A DNA stretch of 54,809 nucleotides. Source: Catajapyx aquilonaris (taxonomy: Eukaryota). Under the pieces are notes generated by a model that was given only the letters and a program-made list of their open reading frames with translations, was not told the origin of the DNA and ran no database searches. Location of the stretch: assembly GCA_000934665.2 (NCBI GenBank), contig KZ538671.1, forward strand, positions 1 to 54,809. The letters run 5' to 3'. Both the position numbers and the translations under genes were made by a program. This document shows, piece by piece, positions 13,440-27,000 of this stretch; position 1 is the first letter of the stretch, and each line of letters starts with the position of its first letter.

Positions 13440-14318
13440 CCCCCCCCCCCCCCCCTTTTTATGTGAGAAGGTGTCCAGTGATGGTGCTGCCCTTTCCAGT
13501 GCCCGTGGCTGTATAAATATAAGGCAAGAGGTACTGGAGGGAACCAGTGACATTCATTAGGAGCTGGGAACAACACCGGTGGACACTCTTTGGTGACGGT
13601 GAGTGACCCAATTCTTTTATTTGGACTCCTACTGTGCTTTGGTGACAAATCTTGATTTTGAGAGGACAGGTTGTGAATGTGAGTTACGTGACTAAGTGCA
13701 ATATTTTTTTTTTTAAAAAAAAAGGAAAATGAAGGACATAAATAGTGAACATTGCCTGAAATGCACTTTTCAAACTTGAATCTTACATAAGCAGAAAGTT
13801 AGTCTGTATGTATGTCACGGATATTTAACCCACTTCCGGACTACCATACTGATGGTTAACGTGCAGAGTCGCATAATGTCCGACTTTATTCAAGTTTGTT
13901 AAATGCTTTTTTTAAAAATTAAATTAAATTTGATCCCTTCACATCCTCCATCAGATTTTATGGAAATAATAATATTTTATGAGAATAATCTGCCGCATCT
14001 CTCTAAAAGTTTTTGAGTGACAATGTCACTAAAAAAATAATAATCAATTTCACAAAATGGCTGTTTTTAAGTGAAATTAACTCCGCAAATATTTATTTTA
14101 ACTCGAATAAAGTAAGGAAAATTTAATTTCGCTCAATTTGTGTGAGTTTTTGCTCGAATTTTCTACCTTCCCGAACTATAACGGATATCATTGTTTTTTG
14201 TTGCATAATTTGATGTGGATAGATCCTAGTTAGGCATATAATGATAGTTAAATATATTTTTGCACATCGTTTCAGGACTTTTCCTTATTTCGACCCCCAC
14301 ATCCGACATGCTGACAAG

Positions 14319-17300
14319 ATGACTTCACACTTGATCATTTGTCTACTAGGTAAGTACCATTCAAGTTAAAATTTACAACCAGTCTCGTACCCAATTCGAG
14401 TTGGAGAAAGGCGGTACCACAACCATTATTAAATCAAGGACAATTGTCACCCCCACCTGCGTAGGTGTGCGTGTCATGTGAAACACATAAAAGGGAAAGG
14501 TGGTATGCATCTTCCTTTGTGATCACACATTTAATTAGGGGGCTCATCCTCTGTGTAATCAAGGTTATAAAATGGAATGCGATCGCCACAGGAAGAGAAA
14601 GGGTTTTGAACTTATACGTTACAACTATTTGGGACGTCTCTTTTTTGAAGTTACCAAGAGATGCTGCGGAGGTTTAGTGAATGTCTGGCTGTAGGCTAAT
14701 GTGGACCTTGCGTGGGCTCGAATGGTCACGATTCCCATTATGATCGGTTTGGGCGGATTTTAAAACTGCAAGACGAAGCTCTTCTCACGAGGAAGAAGGG
14801 AGGGTCTGTTGCTTTTTTTTTATTTCGTTAAAGGAGTTCAACCAGTTTGAATAGATTTCATAACTAGCCCAAGGATACCCTGTCAGGTGGAATAGAAATG
14901 ACAGGAAATGTCTCAAAGAGTCGAACCGATTGTTGAAGCAGTCATTCTTATTGACGCTTTTCTCACGGTCCTTTCTCATTCACACATTGTGGCGACAAGC
15001 AAAAAAAGAAGTTCATGGCCTTTTTGTTTCTTATTTTTTTAAAAAACTAGAGCGTGAGTACTTTTAACCAGCCGTTTTTATGTTTCAGGCTTACTCCTGC
15101 TTCCTTCTGATTTGGCCCAGACTCCATCGCAAAATGAACTGACAGATCAACCTCAGCAGTTCTTCTCAAGTCCTAAACCTTCACACAGGTTCGCAACTCC
15201 GGTACGATTCGCCAAATTTCCAGGAGTTCGAGGAGCCACCGAACCTCCAGAGAAAACAGTGCCAATAAGTGGACCTCAACGTGGACCTAACCGTCAACCT
15301 ATAAGGACACCTAACCGGCAGCTTAATAACGGAAGAAACGATGATACCAGGCATTTTGTGGGACAGAACGAGGATAACAGGTTTAATGGAAGGAACGACG
15401 AACGGCAGTTTAACGGTCGAAATGATGAAAGGCCGTTTATTGGACGGAGCGAAGATAACAGGCCGTCTATTGGACGGAGCGAAGATAACCGGGCGTCTAT
15501 TGGCCGGAGCGAGGATAACCGGCCGTTTAGTGGCCGGAGCGAAGATAACCGACAGTTTAGTGGCCGGAGCGAGGATAACCGGCCGTTTGCAGGTCAGGAA
15601 CAGGTTACACCTTCGCAGAAGTTAACACCTGCACAGTTTAACAGAGGAAATGCGGTTAGAACCCATTTTACCAGCCCTCCAGAACATACTCGTCGACGAC
15701 CACCACCACAGTTTGATGCCTCCAGTTCAACACGGCCGGTTCAAACGACATTTTCGACTGTACCGACACCGACCAGATTTGTTGACCATACCTTCAGAGG
15801 TCAGTCGTCCAATAGTTTGCCGGTCACCACACCGTTGCCACCTAGAAGAACTTCGATTCCTCCTCAACAGCCACAGGGACAGTTTAGATTCAGTACTAAG
15901 AACCAGGCCAGGCCATTTACCGAGGGAAATCCGGAGAGGTCGTTCGATGATCAAGGACACAATAGGAGAAACCAGCAACAGTTTCCGGAGGAAACGTTTC
16001 AAGAGGGTCAATCGTCCAACTTTAATTTCGGTCCGTCGAATAATCAGTTCGAGAGGAGGAATGAAGAAAGCGGGACGGTCACTCCCATCCAAGAGCGTGA
16101 AGATTTCTCACGATTGCGAAGCCAGCCGAAGACCTTTGACCTCCAGCAGCAGAGACCCAACCCACAGCAATTTCAACAGCAGCCGCAAAGGTTTGATCGT
16201 CCAAGGCAGCAGCAACAACAGACCAGTCCTCCACCCCAATTTCAACAACAAGAAAGGTTTGACAGACCTGTTCAACAAAGACGGGAACAGCCGGTACAAC
16301 AAAGACAGCAGCCTACACCACCACCAGTACAAAGGAGACAACCGGTTCAACAAAGAAGGCAACAGACGACACCTCAAAGGCAACAAACCACCCAGCAGCC
16401 TTTCTTTGACCGACGGTCATCGCCTGCTCCAGTTGACCAATTTGACTCCCAGTTCAGACAACAATCGCAGAGTACCAACCAGTTCTCCCAGCAGCTTCAG
16501 GAGGACCAGAGGGCCAATTTGAGGTTCCAGCAACGACAGCAGCAGGAACGACAACAGCCTGACAACCAATTTCGGCAGGAGAGACCTGCTGCTCAACCTA
16601 GACCACAGCAGCAGGACCAAGAACGAAGAGATGACCTATTTCAACAACAGCAGCAACGACGACAGGAGCAGGAGAGACGACAGGAGCAGGAAAGACGACA
16701 GGAGCTGGAAAGACGACAGGAGCTGGAAAGACGACAGGAGCTGGAAAGACGACAGGAGCAGGAACGACGACAGGAGCAGGAAAGACGACAGGAGCTGGAA
16801 AGACGACAGGAGCAGCAGAGACGACAGGAACAGGAGAGACGAAACCAGCAGTCTGAACACGACAGGTTCAGACAACTGGAGTTGGATCGACGAGCAAGTG
16901 CACCTCAGTTCAAGCCTGAAGACTCCAGAAGGAACCAGCAGCAATCACAAGACAGTGACCTGAGGTCAAACCCCAGGCAGTTTCAGCAGGACAGCAGGCC
17001 ACAAGCTGAGAGTCGACGACAACAACCTGAACCTCCAAAAGACAACCCTCAACAGGATGAATCCATCGACTATCCTTACGATATCCTCAACACAATTCCA
17101 GGTATGTGTCCAAAAAAATAATTGTTTCGGACATATTCAACAGTAGAGCTCAATTAGTGTCCGAAACAATTTTTTTTGCCAATGTTGTTTATTAATTATG
17201 ATTTTTTTTTAAAATTCGACAGGCGAGCCAGGAAAGGACTATCCGACGTTCGCAGGAGTGGAAGTAACCGAATTCAAATGCGATGGACGATTAGGTGGTT

Positions 17301-17802
17301 ACTACGCAGACCCAGAAATGCGGTGCCAGGTACAGGAACACACTAATATTTCCAACCCCATTCTTTTAACACACATAGTTTGGCCTTTGAAAAGGACCTT
17401 AAGGGCGCGGAAGTCGGAAACGGATAGGCGTGGGAAACAGACTTTAGAAAAATGAAAAGTGCATTCACTTCCACTAATTGTGTGGGAACAAACCTCGCGT
17501 AACTCACACACTACTTCTTTTAATTTTCAAATTTCCGATTGCTAAAATATTAATTTTTACAGGCCTGGCATATATGCGACGTGGATGGTCGACAACAGAC
17601 TTTCCTTTGCGCCAATGGTACTGTCTACTCACAGGACAAGCGTATATGCGACTGGTGGTTCAATGTCAACTGCGACGATGCCGCCAGCAATTATTCGATT
17701 AATGAGGACCTGTACCTTATCCCACCCCACATACTGGAGCAACAGAAGAACAAGAACAACCAGCCCAAACCTGAGGAACGCCCACAGCAGAGGTCAAAGT
17801 AA
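14319..17802 (+). CDS. Secreted Q/R/E/P-rich low-complexity protein with C-terminal chitin-binding type-2 (CBM14) domain, ~796 aa; exons 14319-14349, 15089-17101, 17223-17329, 17563-17802
   Basis: Spliced signal peptide MTSHLIICLLGLLLLPSDLA. The C-terminus is IPGEPGKDYP...FKCDGRLGGYYADPEMRCQAWHIC...FLCANGTVYSQDKRICDWWFNVNC (6-Cys ChtBD2, CPAP1-like). A TATA-like box lies at ~13512 with a probable non-coding leader exon. Confidence 0.88.
15361..15594 (+). repeat. Coding 27-30 bp tandem repeat (GRSEDNRPFS-type units, ~8 copies)
   Basis: Repeated gg(a/c)cggagcga(a/g)gataaccggccgttt within exon 2. Confidence 0.9.
16657..16842 (+). repeat. Coding 18 bp tandem repeat (RRQEQE/RRQELE, ~10 copies)
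   Basis: Repeated agacgacaggagc(a/t)ggaa units. Confidence 0.9.
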
Positions 17803-18648
17803 AAAAAATAAATAAGTAAAGGATAGTTCACACGATGGTCGTTGGTTGCTCGTTTCTAACGTGATCACTCGGTTTGGGTCACTGTCGATTTGGACAACGA
17901 CCAACGACAACGACGCTCGTGTGACCTCTATCGTTGTTCGTTGACCGGATCTACCAACAAACCAGCAACATGAACGACGAACGACATCGTGTGAACTGGC
18001 CATAAAAAAATTGAGGCCATTACTCTATTGCAAATTACGTCACATCGATCTCTCTCCATTTTAAAGAAGAAAAAAAAAGATACTTGAAAAATGATTCAAT
18101 GTCAGTATGTGTAACAAGTGTGCAGAACTTTCTTTCGCACAACTCGGAAGAACAAATTCGGGTCCATGATGCAGGAAGATTTCCATCTTTAAAAGTAGGC
18201 CATCTTAAACTTCTTCACACTATAGTAAAAGGGAATAACTACCGGAGAGAGTGGTTTTTAAAAAAAGAAGGAAAAAAAGGGTGTGGTCTGCTGACACATG
18301 AAGCGAAAGTTAGAAGCAGACAATAGCAAAATACCACTGCACATATGCAGCCTTTTTAAACACAATTAAAATTTTTTTTTGCCAAATTTATAATATTGGA
18401 GTTTACCCACAGTGCAATTGGTTCCATGTGAAAAAAAGGGAAAACGTGCTAAATTGCGTGGGATTTTTTCACATTGTCGGTTCTGTACACCAGTTAATGA
18501 GATTTCCTGCAAGGAAGTAATACATAACAATGTAACCACCTGACTGGCTGGATGCTAAAATATTGTGATATTGTGTGTGTATTATTTTTTTTAATGAGAT
18601 ATTTTTATGATCTTAAAATGTATGTTTAATGCCCTCGTTTTTATTTAT

Positions 18649-19391
18649 TTATTTGCGTACTGCGTCTTTTGTCAACGATTCTGATTGGTCAGTGTTGCTG
18701 CTGTCGACGTCATTGTTGGGTTCTTCAGAGGTGTCGTACAGCCTATTGTTGCGTTGGTAGAAGGTCTCAGCATGGGAGCAATCCACGTTGTACCACCAGT
18801 CACACACAAAATGCTCTTGGTTGAAAATAGTCCCATTTGGACACAGGAAGGCGTGTCCATATGTCTTTTGACACATCCAAAACACCTGGAATGTAATCAT
18901 ATTGTCACAAAATAATGTTACACGTACCCATGTATACTGACCTGGCATCTGGACATGGTGTCAGCGTAATATCCAGGCAGCTCGTGGTCCTTGCAGCTAA
19001 ACCCGGTTTTAGGTACCTGCGAATACACTGGATAATCTTCACCAGCGACACCTGGTATTGTTGATTCCAGGCCAGGCTGCATTTGTTGTCCGCTCTGATC
19101 TAAGCTGTCAGCAAATGTCTGAAGCAACTCGTAGTCATCCGTAGGAATAATGGCCTCTTCCATTACATCATTTACATGCTGGTAATGAGCTTCATCCGGT
19201 TCTAAGGCCGGTTCTGAACTGGATGGCTCGCCTGTGTTTGACTCGAATTCAGTTGTTGCTGTTACGCGAATTTGTCTGCCGTTGCTTACCATCACTGTTG
19301 AGAGTTACAATTTGTTAATTATAATTATTAGCTATAGTAAATTATTGAAGGGCTTACCAATTGCCAGGAGCACCAAAATGTGACGCTTCAT
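18649..19391 (-). CDS. Secreted chitin-binding type-2 (CBM14/CPAP1-like) protein, ~207 aa; exons 19391-19358, 19294-18942, 18885-18649
   Basis: Signal peptide MKRHILVLLAIVMVSNG; IPGVAGEDYPVYSQVPKTGFSC...GYYADTMSRCQVFWMC...FLCPNGTIFNQEHFVCDWWYNVDC. TATA at 19443-19450. Confidence 0.9.
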
Positions 19392-20109
19392 ATTTCTTGA
19401 TGTTCGGCACGTGAATGCTTGACAGACTTTTAAGAGTCGCGGTTTTTATACCGGAGAATTTAGCAACTGGCAGTTTTTTTTTTTGAGTGACACTTAATGT
19501 GGAAGCTTCCAGATTTGTACAGGAAAAGTCGCCTCGGGGTGATAAGTTTGGATGGTAGATGTGTTTCGACGACAAAAGGATGTGTAAACAACGTGGAATT
19601 GAGTGACTCTTCCTGGTGTTTTGCAAAAATAAAAAATAATGTGCATAACATGCAGCTACAAAACATTTTTGAAGTGTGCATGAGGTCATTAATTTTATTA
19701 GTACTATACCAACATGACCTATAAGTACGTAGGCCTATAATGGACAGGTACGTAATTATTTTCACTAAAAATATATGCAGATTCCTATTGGAAGAAAATG
19801 ATGACTCGGTTGTTTTAATAAACGTTTATACACGGTGTCCATGGCACAAAATACTTTCAGAATAATATGAGAAGTATTTACAAAGTGATTTATCCAATTT
19901 TTTTTGCATTTTTCTGTTAGGAAATGCTGGTTGCCTATAACGGCAAATCCTAATTAAGTATAATGAACATCATTCGTGATCAGAAATTTTCGAAATTTTC
20001 ATTCGTGTTTCATTCTTGTAGCAATATGTTTATATCCTTCACACATCATAATGTAACTTTGAACCCCCACCTCCTCAATATTAATTAAAAAATAATAACT
20101 ACTAATAAA

Positions 20110-22214
20110 TTAAGCAGAACTCTCTGTTGCTTTGACCGGCAACATATCCAGTTGGTCCTCCATAAGCTTAGATTTGGACTCTTCATCAACCGGTGACTTT
20201 TCGACATTCAAATTGTTCCAGCTCTGCACCTTCCCTTTGCCAAACAGCAAAAAAAGGGTGTTTCCCACAAAATAAATAGCCGCTGAGATGAAAAACACAA
20301 TCCGCCATTGGCCCAACGATTGCTGGAAATAATTCATAAAATTATATAGGCAACTAAGGTAATAAAATGTAATATATACGTACGTTGTGATTGGTGAGTG
20401 CTCCGACAGTGATTGGTGCTAGAAAACCAGGCACTGTTCCAAGCCCATTGCTGATACCCAACATGGTTCCAGCATAGTTTGGAGCAATGTCTATGTGATT
20501 TGTGAAGTATCCTGAGGACATGGCTCCGTTGAATCCAACTGCTAAGGTCAGGAGAGCCACTGAGGCTGCTGGGTTGCAGCCAGTGTAGGATACAATCACC
20601 AGACATAAGGCTGGCAGGTACATGGCTGGAAATGGGGTCAAATTAATATAGTTTTTTCACCCTGAAGATGATGTGGGAACGTACCAATACTGTTGAATAT
20701 CTTTCGGGTTTGAGTGGTGGTGAGTATGGATTTGCTTCGGAGGTAGTCAGCAATGTAGCTCATTGCCACTCCGAATAGGAAGCGACTTAAATAAGGCAGT
20801 GAAGACAGGAATCCGTTCTGGAATGGGGCAAGAAATGTGAAGAATATTGTGAAAGCTTATAATAAGTAAAGATGAAAAAACCTCTTTGATGCTGAATCCT
20901 AGAATGTTTTTCATGTAGGTTGGTAGTTGTGTTAAGAGTGTGTACAGTGCCCAATTGTTGGCCACATCCGAGACGATGATGGCCCAAACTGCGGTTGATC
21001 TTAACATTTGGTTCCATGGAACTGGAGGAGACTATATACAAAACATGGTGTCACAATTTGGATTTTAAACAAACTTTAAAAACCAATCAAACCTCTCCTT
21101 TTTCAGCACTGTCTTTTAAGCAGTACTCTATGTATTTTCGCTCCTTAGAAGATATTCTAGGATGCTGAGACGGAGTGTCGTAAACCAGCAGCATCCACGC
21201 GATGAACCAAAAGATGGTCGCACATCCGCTGGCGTAAAACACAGATTCCCAGCCAAGTGCAGATATTAACATGCCAGATATTGGCATCGTAATTACCATT
21301 CCAAAAGTTGCTCCTGTAATATTTGGTTACTTATACTCTGAGTGGTTCATAAAATAATGATTCGAACTTACCCATGTAACTGAAAGCTACGAATTTACTC
21401 CTTTCCATTGGAGGTATCCATCTAGCAACAAGGGCATGAGCTGAAGGAAAGGTCACACCCTGAAAATGTCAGATCATAATTATTATGAAAACTGTATGCT
21501 TGGGGGGTCATAACCTGACCTGAAAGACTCCTTGAAGTATCCGGACCGCAATGAGAGCGCCATAGTGAATCCTGGCAGCCCAAGGAGTCAGAAACGCCAA
21601 CAATGCAGCAGCTATCATGGACCAACCGAATATCCGTTTGGTCCCATACACTTCGGCCAAACGACCTCCTGGAACCTGAGTCAGAAGGTAACCCCAGAAG
21701 AAAGAGCCTAGGATCAGACCCTGGGTGGCCTCGTCCCATTCAAACTCTCCTTCCTGCAAAAAAAAAATGTCTTTGTTCATATCTTTTTCGACACATAGGA
21801 TTGGTCACATACCATTGTTGGTGGAGGATCACCTGGTGGTTCATCTGTTGTGTTGCTGACCACCACTTCTGGTGGATGGCACTTGGCTTGGGCTGGGACT
21901 TGGTGGCCCAGTGTTTGCGTGGTTGTGCTGGACACCACCATGGCCACTATGGCCAAACTGAGGTTCACTCGAAGGATGTATACGCTGATGAAGCCCCAAA
22001 ACAGCAGAAGGGCCAGGACCAATCTGGTCGGAATACATTCTGCCAAATATATTATCTATGTCTTATTGTGCTTTCCCCATTATCGAGCAGTGAAATTACT
22101 GTAGAGGTAATTCACGGCCACTTGGTGCTTGGCAACGTCGCTGTCGATGAATTCGTCGCGGCAGTAAAATATGTTGCGTAATGTGCTACAAATTGCGAGC
22201 AGTTTTCGACACAT
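20110..22214 (-). CDS. SLC17-family MFS anion/Pi cotransporter (sialin/picot-like), multi-exon
   Basis: Exon fragments carry family motifs: RVNLSLAIVAMV, FEWDEATQGLILGSFFWGYLLTQVPGGRLAE, LGWESVFY, HPRISSKERKYI, LTQLPTYMKNIL, NHIDIAPNYAGTMLGISN, WRIVFFISA. The 5' exon boundary is approximate. Confidence 0.9.
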
Positions 22215-22597
22215 CTCACTGTCAGTATAAATAATCATTATGTGGTGCCAAGAATGTACCAACATAACCTGCCTAAAATATATCTATACAAAATTAGGAA
22301 ATCCATAAACAGTTTTAAATAACAAGTAAAAAAACAGGAAACTAATTATAAGCTATTTTTAGAGACAAATAACAACATTTTCAGGATAGATTAGGGTGTT
22401 GAAAGGAAGAACTAATAACGGAGTATGTTCACTGATACACAGTCATGCAATCTTATATAAATACAACGTGTGGTACTCTATTATTAAGTTGTGAACCAAA
22501 AATATCCACAAATAATGAGGAAAATGACGTCTTTGTTTATTTTTGATATAAACTCCTAATCAATGATCCAGAGTTAATGGACCGCGTTTATAATATC

Positions 22598-23390
22598 AAT
22601 TAGATCAAAAACTTTCCCTTCAGTAAAAAAAAAGAGAAGTAAGACCTCCGCGGCGGAATGAAAGTACTGAAACAAGGCAGGCGCACGTAAGACCTTCACC
22701 AATTGATTTAAGCTGTACCATAGGTCTTACTCAAGCAATTACCAATTTACTACTCATGAAATCTCCTTTCTGAAAACAAATTTGTGGAATTTCTGTCGTA
22801 CTACTAGTTACTTCTAACTTAGCAGTACCAGTGTAGTGCAATGGTACTGCTATGTTAGCAGTAACTACAAACCTATAGTTAATAGTAATAGTAGTACGAC
22901 CAAAATTCCACCTATTAATTTTCCAAGAGCCACTCCATATTAGCGTTTTATGAAATATTAGGAACTTCAATATTAAGCACCTTGAATTTCTATGCGATTG
23001 GTGCGAATTATTTCCATGAAACATTCATGCAGAATCGTCACCTCTTTTAGATGCTGATTTTAACTCTAACGTTTAATTTTTCACATGTAAACGTTAATTT
23101 GAGAATTCTCTGTCTTTTTCGATTGGACAAGGTCTGTTAGGATGGGTTTAGTTTTTCCCCCATTTTTTCTTTACATAATGAAATCCTGCCTACTGCTCTG
23201 AGTAGTTTGCAGCAGTCATTTTACGAGACGTTCCATACCGTACCTGAGAATTGCTTGAGTAAGACCTATGGTACAGCTTAAATCAATTGGTGAAGGTCTT
23301 ACGTGCGCCTGCCTTGTTTCAGTACTTTCATTCCGCCGCGGAGGTCTTACTTCTCTTTTTTTTACTGAAGGGAAAGTTTTTGATCTAATT
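22598..23390. mobile_element. Non-autonomous foldback element with ~142 bp near-perfect TIRs
   Basis: 22598-22740 is the reverse complement of 23249-23390, apparently differing only in an A/T-run length. The arms contain a repeated gtaagacct motif. Confidence 0.8.
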
Positions 23391-23580
23391 TCAGTTCTTT
23401 TTTGACAGTACATGTAACTTATGCTCTACACTATACAGTCTGCACTATGAATCCATTGGAGACGATTTTCGTCGCTTAGAAGTTCCTAAAATTATTTTCA
23501 CAGAGGTAGTCGTAAAAAAACGAAAGTCGAGTGCTACCAGCCAACGGTTAGTCTGATTTAATTAATCTGGCTTAATAGTA

Positions 23581-24011
23581 CAGTTGAATCCGGATAAAAC
23601 AAACTTCAAGAGACTGCGGAAAAAGTATGTTATAACCGAAGTCTGTTATAGCCGAATCGTCACGCAACGAAAACAAATTTCTGATTTCCATATGGATGTA
23701 CTATGCACTACTAGACTACATACCGATTAATGAAATCTGTCACAAATGCAATATTGGCTCACCCGAAAATTATGCAGGACCAAATTATCCGAAATTTCCT
23801 TCTGCCGTCTCCTTTTTGCATTTTATACCTGGAAAACAATACTGTATTTTCCCACCGAGGGTTTAAGAAATGGTCTGTCATACCGGAGGTGAGGTGAAAA
23901 TGAGTCTGTTACATCAGGAGTGCAAATACACAGTGCCTAATGGAAGCATGCCGGGACGGCCTTTATAACCAAGTATGTTATAGCCGAGGCTGTTATATCC
24001 GGATTCAACTG
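23581..24011. mobile_element. pogo/Tigger-like (Tc1/mariner superfamily) MITE
   Basis: ta|CAGTTGAATCCGGATA...TATCCGGATTCAACTG|ta, i.e. TIRs with a TA target duplication and subterminal gttata(a/g)ccga repeats. Confidence 0.85.
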
Positions 24012-27000
24012 TAAATATGTAATAAGTGCAATGCGTTCACACCAGCGGCAGGGTAACATTTGGCTAATAACAATATGGCTAGTGGGTAAACAAGATTGTC
24101 GTTTCTAGGTGATGGGATTGAACAAATGAATTAATGACAGAAAAAATAACAGGTAAAAAAATCACACCTCCAATCCTGTAGCAGTGGGAACTGTGAGATT
24201 TTGAACATAGATCCGCACCATCCCACTGCACCTTCGACCTTTTGATGAAGGAACCGAATTCCGAATAGTTATGGAGCAAAAAAATATAGACGTATTTTTT
24301 GGTGGTTTTAAATTTTTTGCGGCGTTTTGAAGAGGAATTGAGTTTAGCCGTAAATGGTAGGAATGCACTTCACGAAGGTGGGCATCTGTGTTCAAAATTT
24401 GGAAGCTCTACCTACAGCAGAACTTGAGTTAGGGCGAATAAAAAAAACGTAACAAGAAGATGTTGAAGAAATTCATTGTTGAAATCTATGCTACGGTCTT
24501 ACTAAGGGGCTATCGCCCCTTAAATATTAAACCATATTAACTGGAAGATAAATGTTTCAGAGACCTCAGAATATTTTTTTTAAAAACCACTTTCTGAATT
24601 CCGCCTGCAGCAGTGTGTTACAAATTTTTAATAGCAGCTTAGTCACATTATTACTACTTTGAGGGGTGCATATTATTGCCATAAATGCGAAAACAAGGAC
24701 AGGGCAGGTGTAATTTCAACGCCCAGATCACCCCATACATGACTTCAACCCTCGCAAAAAAAAAATGGGCCATACATTAGTGTTGGTACCCACCCTACAG
24801 TAATGAACCGTATCCTACATGAGCTAAGTGGAGTACACACACCTTTTGTTTCGAGGGCACCACAGGTCAAGAGCAGAGGTATTAATTATAGGAAAAACAC
24901 TTCCGCATTATTGAGACATACAAGGTGCGGTTGCACTGCCAAAAATGGTGATCAGACTTAACAATAAAATTAGGTTATATTGAGTCAGGTTATTTTTACA
25001 TCATATTTATTAATCAGTTTATTTTATATCCGAGCTAAATTAAGCTGCTCATAAACATTATGATTATACCCCACCATATTACCCAACAAAATTATAACAA
25101 TTAAAACCGTCTGGGAAATCATAGTTAATTACCCTATTCGACCTACATCGAAGCACATTAGAGGTGAAGGTCATTTTCGCAAGTAGCGCAATGCATGTAA
25201 ACAAATAATCCAATAATCCTTATTGTTGCGTGATATCTCGTGACATTGATGAATTAGTGGGTGATACAATATTGACGTCACATTTAGTAACGCGCACATT
25301 TTCGCAATACGACGATATGTAGTATATTTACCTATCCTTTTCCTGGAGTTATCTTCGGTCTGACTGTCCATTATTCGACGCACAGGATGATTCCTAAACT
25401 GCTGTGTTGTCTTGAGGGGGTTATTATATATCAGCTGGGAAGAGTGCTTTGCAGACGAGGCAATATCTACATCACACGCGTGCGCGTGTGTATACTTTGG
25501 GCGCCTAGTCATGATGAAACCCTCCCAGTACAAGTCACAATGCGAACAAACGGTACGGATCATTTTTGTAAGAAGTTGTTCAAGGTTGTTCGGATAATAA
25601 CAATAGGGCGATATCGGTGCATAAGTCGAAAGAAATTGGTGAAAATTAAAGGTGGTGAAAGTTTTTGGGATAAACAAAAAATCGTTTTTTTGTATTGTAT
25701 AGGGGGAAAAAAGGGAGGTTCAAGGACATGTAATTATAGGTGTTGGTTCCTAAAGGCGATTGGGAGAAATTTTTTTCTGGTAGGGTAAAGGACCTCCGTC
25801 GATTTTAATTAGTTTTTTTTTTCTTTATAATAAAAATGATAAGAAAACATCATCCAATAATGTCATTTCAGGGTCTTGGAATGTATTAAAATTTAATATC
25901 TCTGCCAGATCGTTTATATTGATCAATAATTGCGACAATAAAGTGTCACGTGTCATATCTAGCTCACACGAAGTATTGACACACATTAGGTAACTTGAGG
26001 AAAAATTGTTGGGAGTTATCTTTTTTTCCGATTGTTTTAACATGATGGGTGTTGACGTTTTTGTGAAAAAAGGGCGTGTAGTTTTAACACGCGCGCTTAA
26101 AGTCATATCGTTACTAAAACTTCCAGGAAATGTGTCACTTTATACACTTCCCTTATCAGGCTACAGTTGCTGCTATAAAATATACTAATAGGAGTGTAAA
26201 ACTAACGGTATTCTACAGCTTTTTCCTATGTGAATGAACTGTATGCAAATTGCAATTGCAATTACTGCACATGTCAAATCACCACATGATGTCCCCCTGT
26301 CCCACTTACCTTCTTTTCAAAATTCATGGGCGTAAATCACATGGAACGATAAGGAGTTTCTCCCATATCTTTATTTAGCCTCTCAACCCGTTAATGTCAT
26401 CGTTCTAGTGCCCTTGATATATACAGTGTACTGTTCGAAGGACATTGCATCGGATGTACTCGTCTGCCTTCGATGGACCAAAGACCTCTTAGTGATTTCC
26501 TGAGCAGGAGAAGGTCAATTTTGTCCGGTTTTTTATGATCAACTATAATGATATTCGAAGGGCAGACTTTGCCAATTTAAAGTCTTCCAAGGCTGTTGAC
26601 CTCCGGTTCAATCATCTCTGCAAGGTCACGGAGAAGGACGACCTCGCATAATTTTTCTTCCGCCATAAAACCAAGGTATTGCGACATTTTCAAAACACGT
26701 TTATTGCACACTTGAACACAAAAATAATGTACATAACATAAAAAAAAAATGGTGTCATCACAATCCGTACCCACTTTTTTTTTAAATGTGATGTGTGAAT
26801 GACTACCCTAGGGCGGGGTTTGTATACCTTTCCAACTTTGATGTGACACTTTTAAAGGAAACGTCTTGAGGCAATGCACCTGTACAATAGACCGGAATTA
26901 GCTTGTAACATAATAAATCTCTCTGAAGGAATAATTTCCGACAAATCACTCAACTGAATTCGCAGAAAAGAGTGAAAGTCAAGGCAGATTTTTTGGGTCC

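Noticed and set aside
15341..16963. Alternative-frame ORFs (15341-15625, 15650-16522, 16631-16963 and antisense)
   Set aside because: Shadows of the repetitive coding exon in other frames.
25171..25788. Overlapping 168 aa (-) and 133 aa (+) ORFs
   Set aside because: No recognisable domain or splice structure; probably chance or decayed TE sequence.
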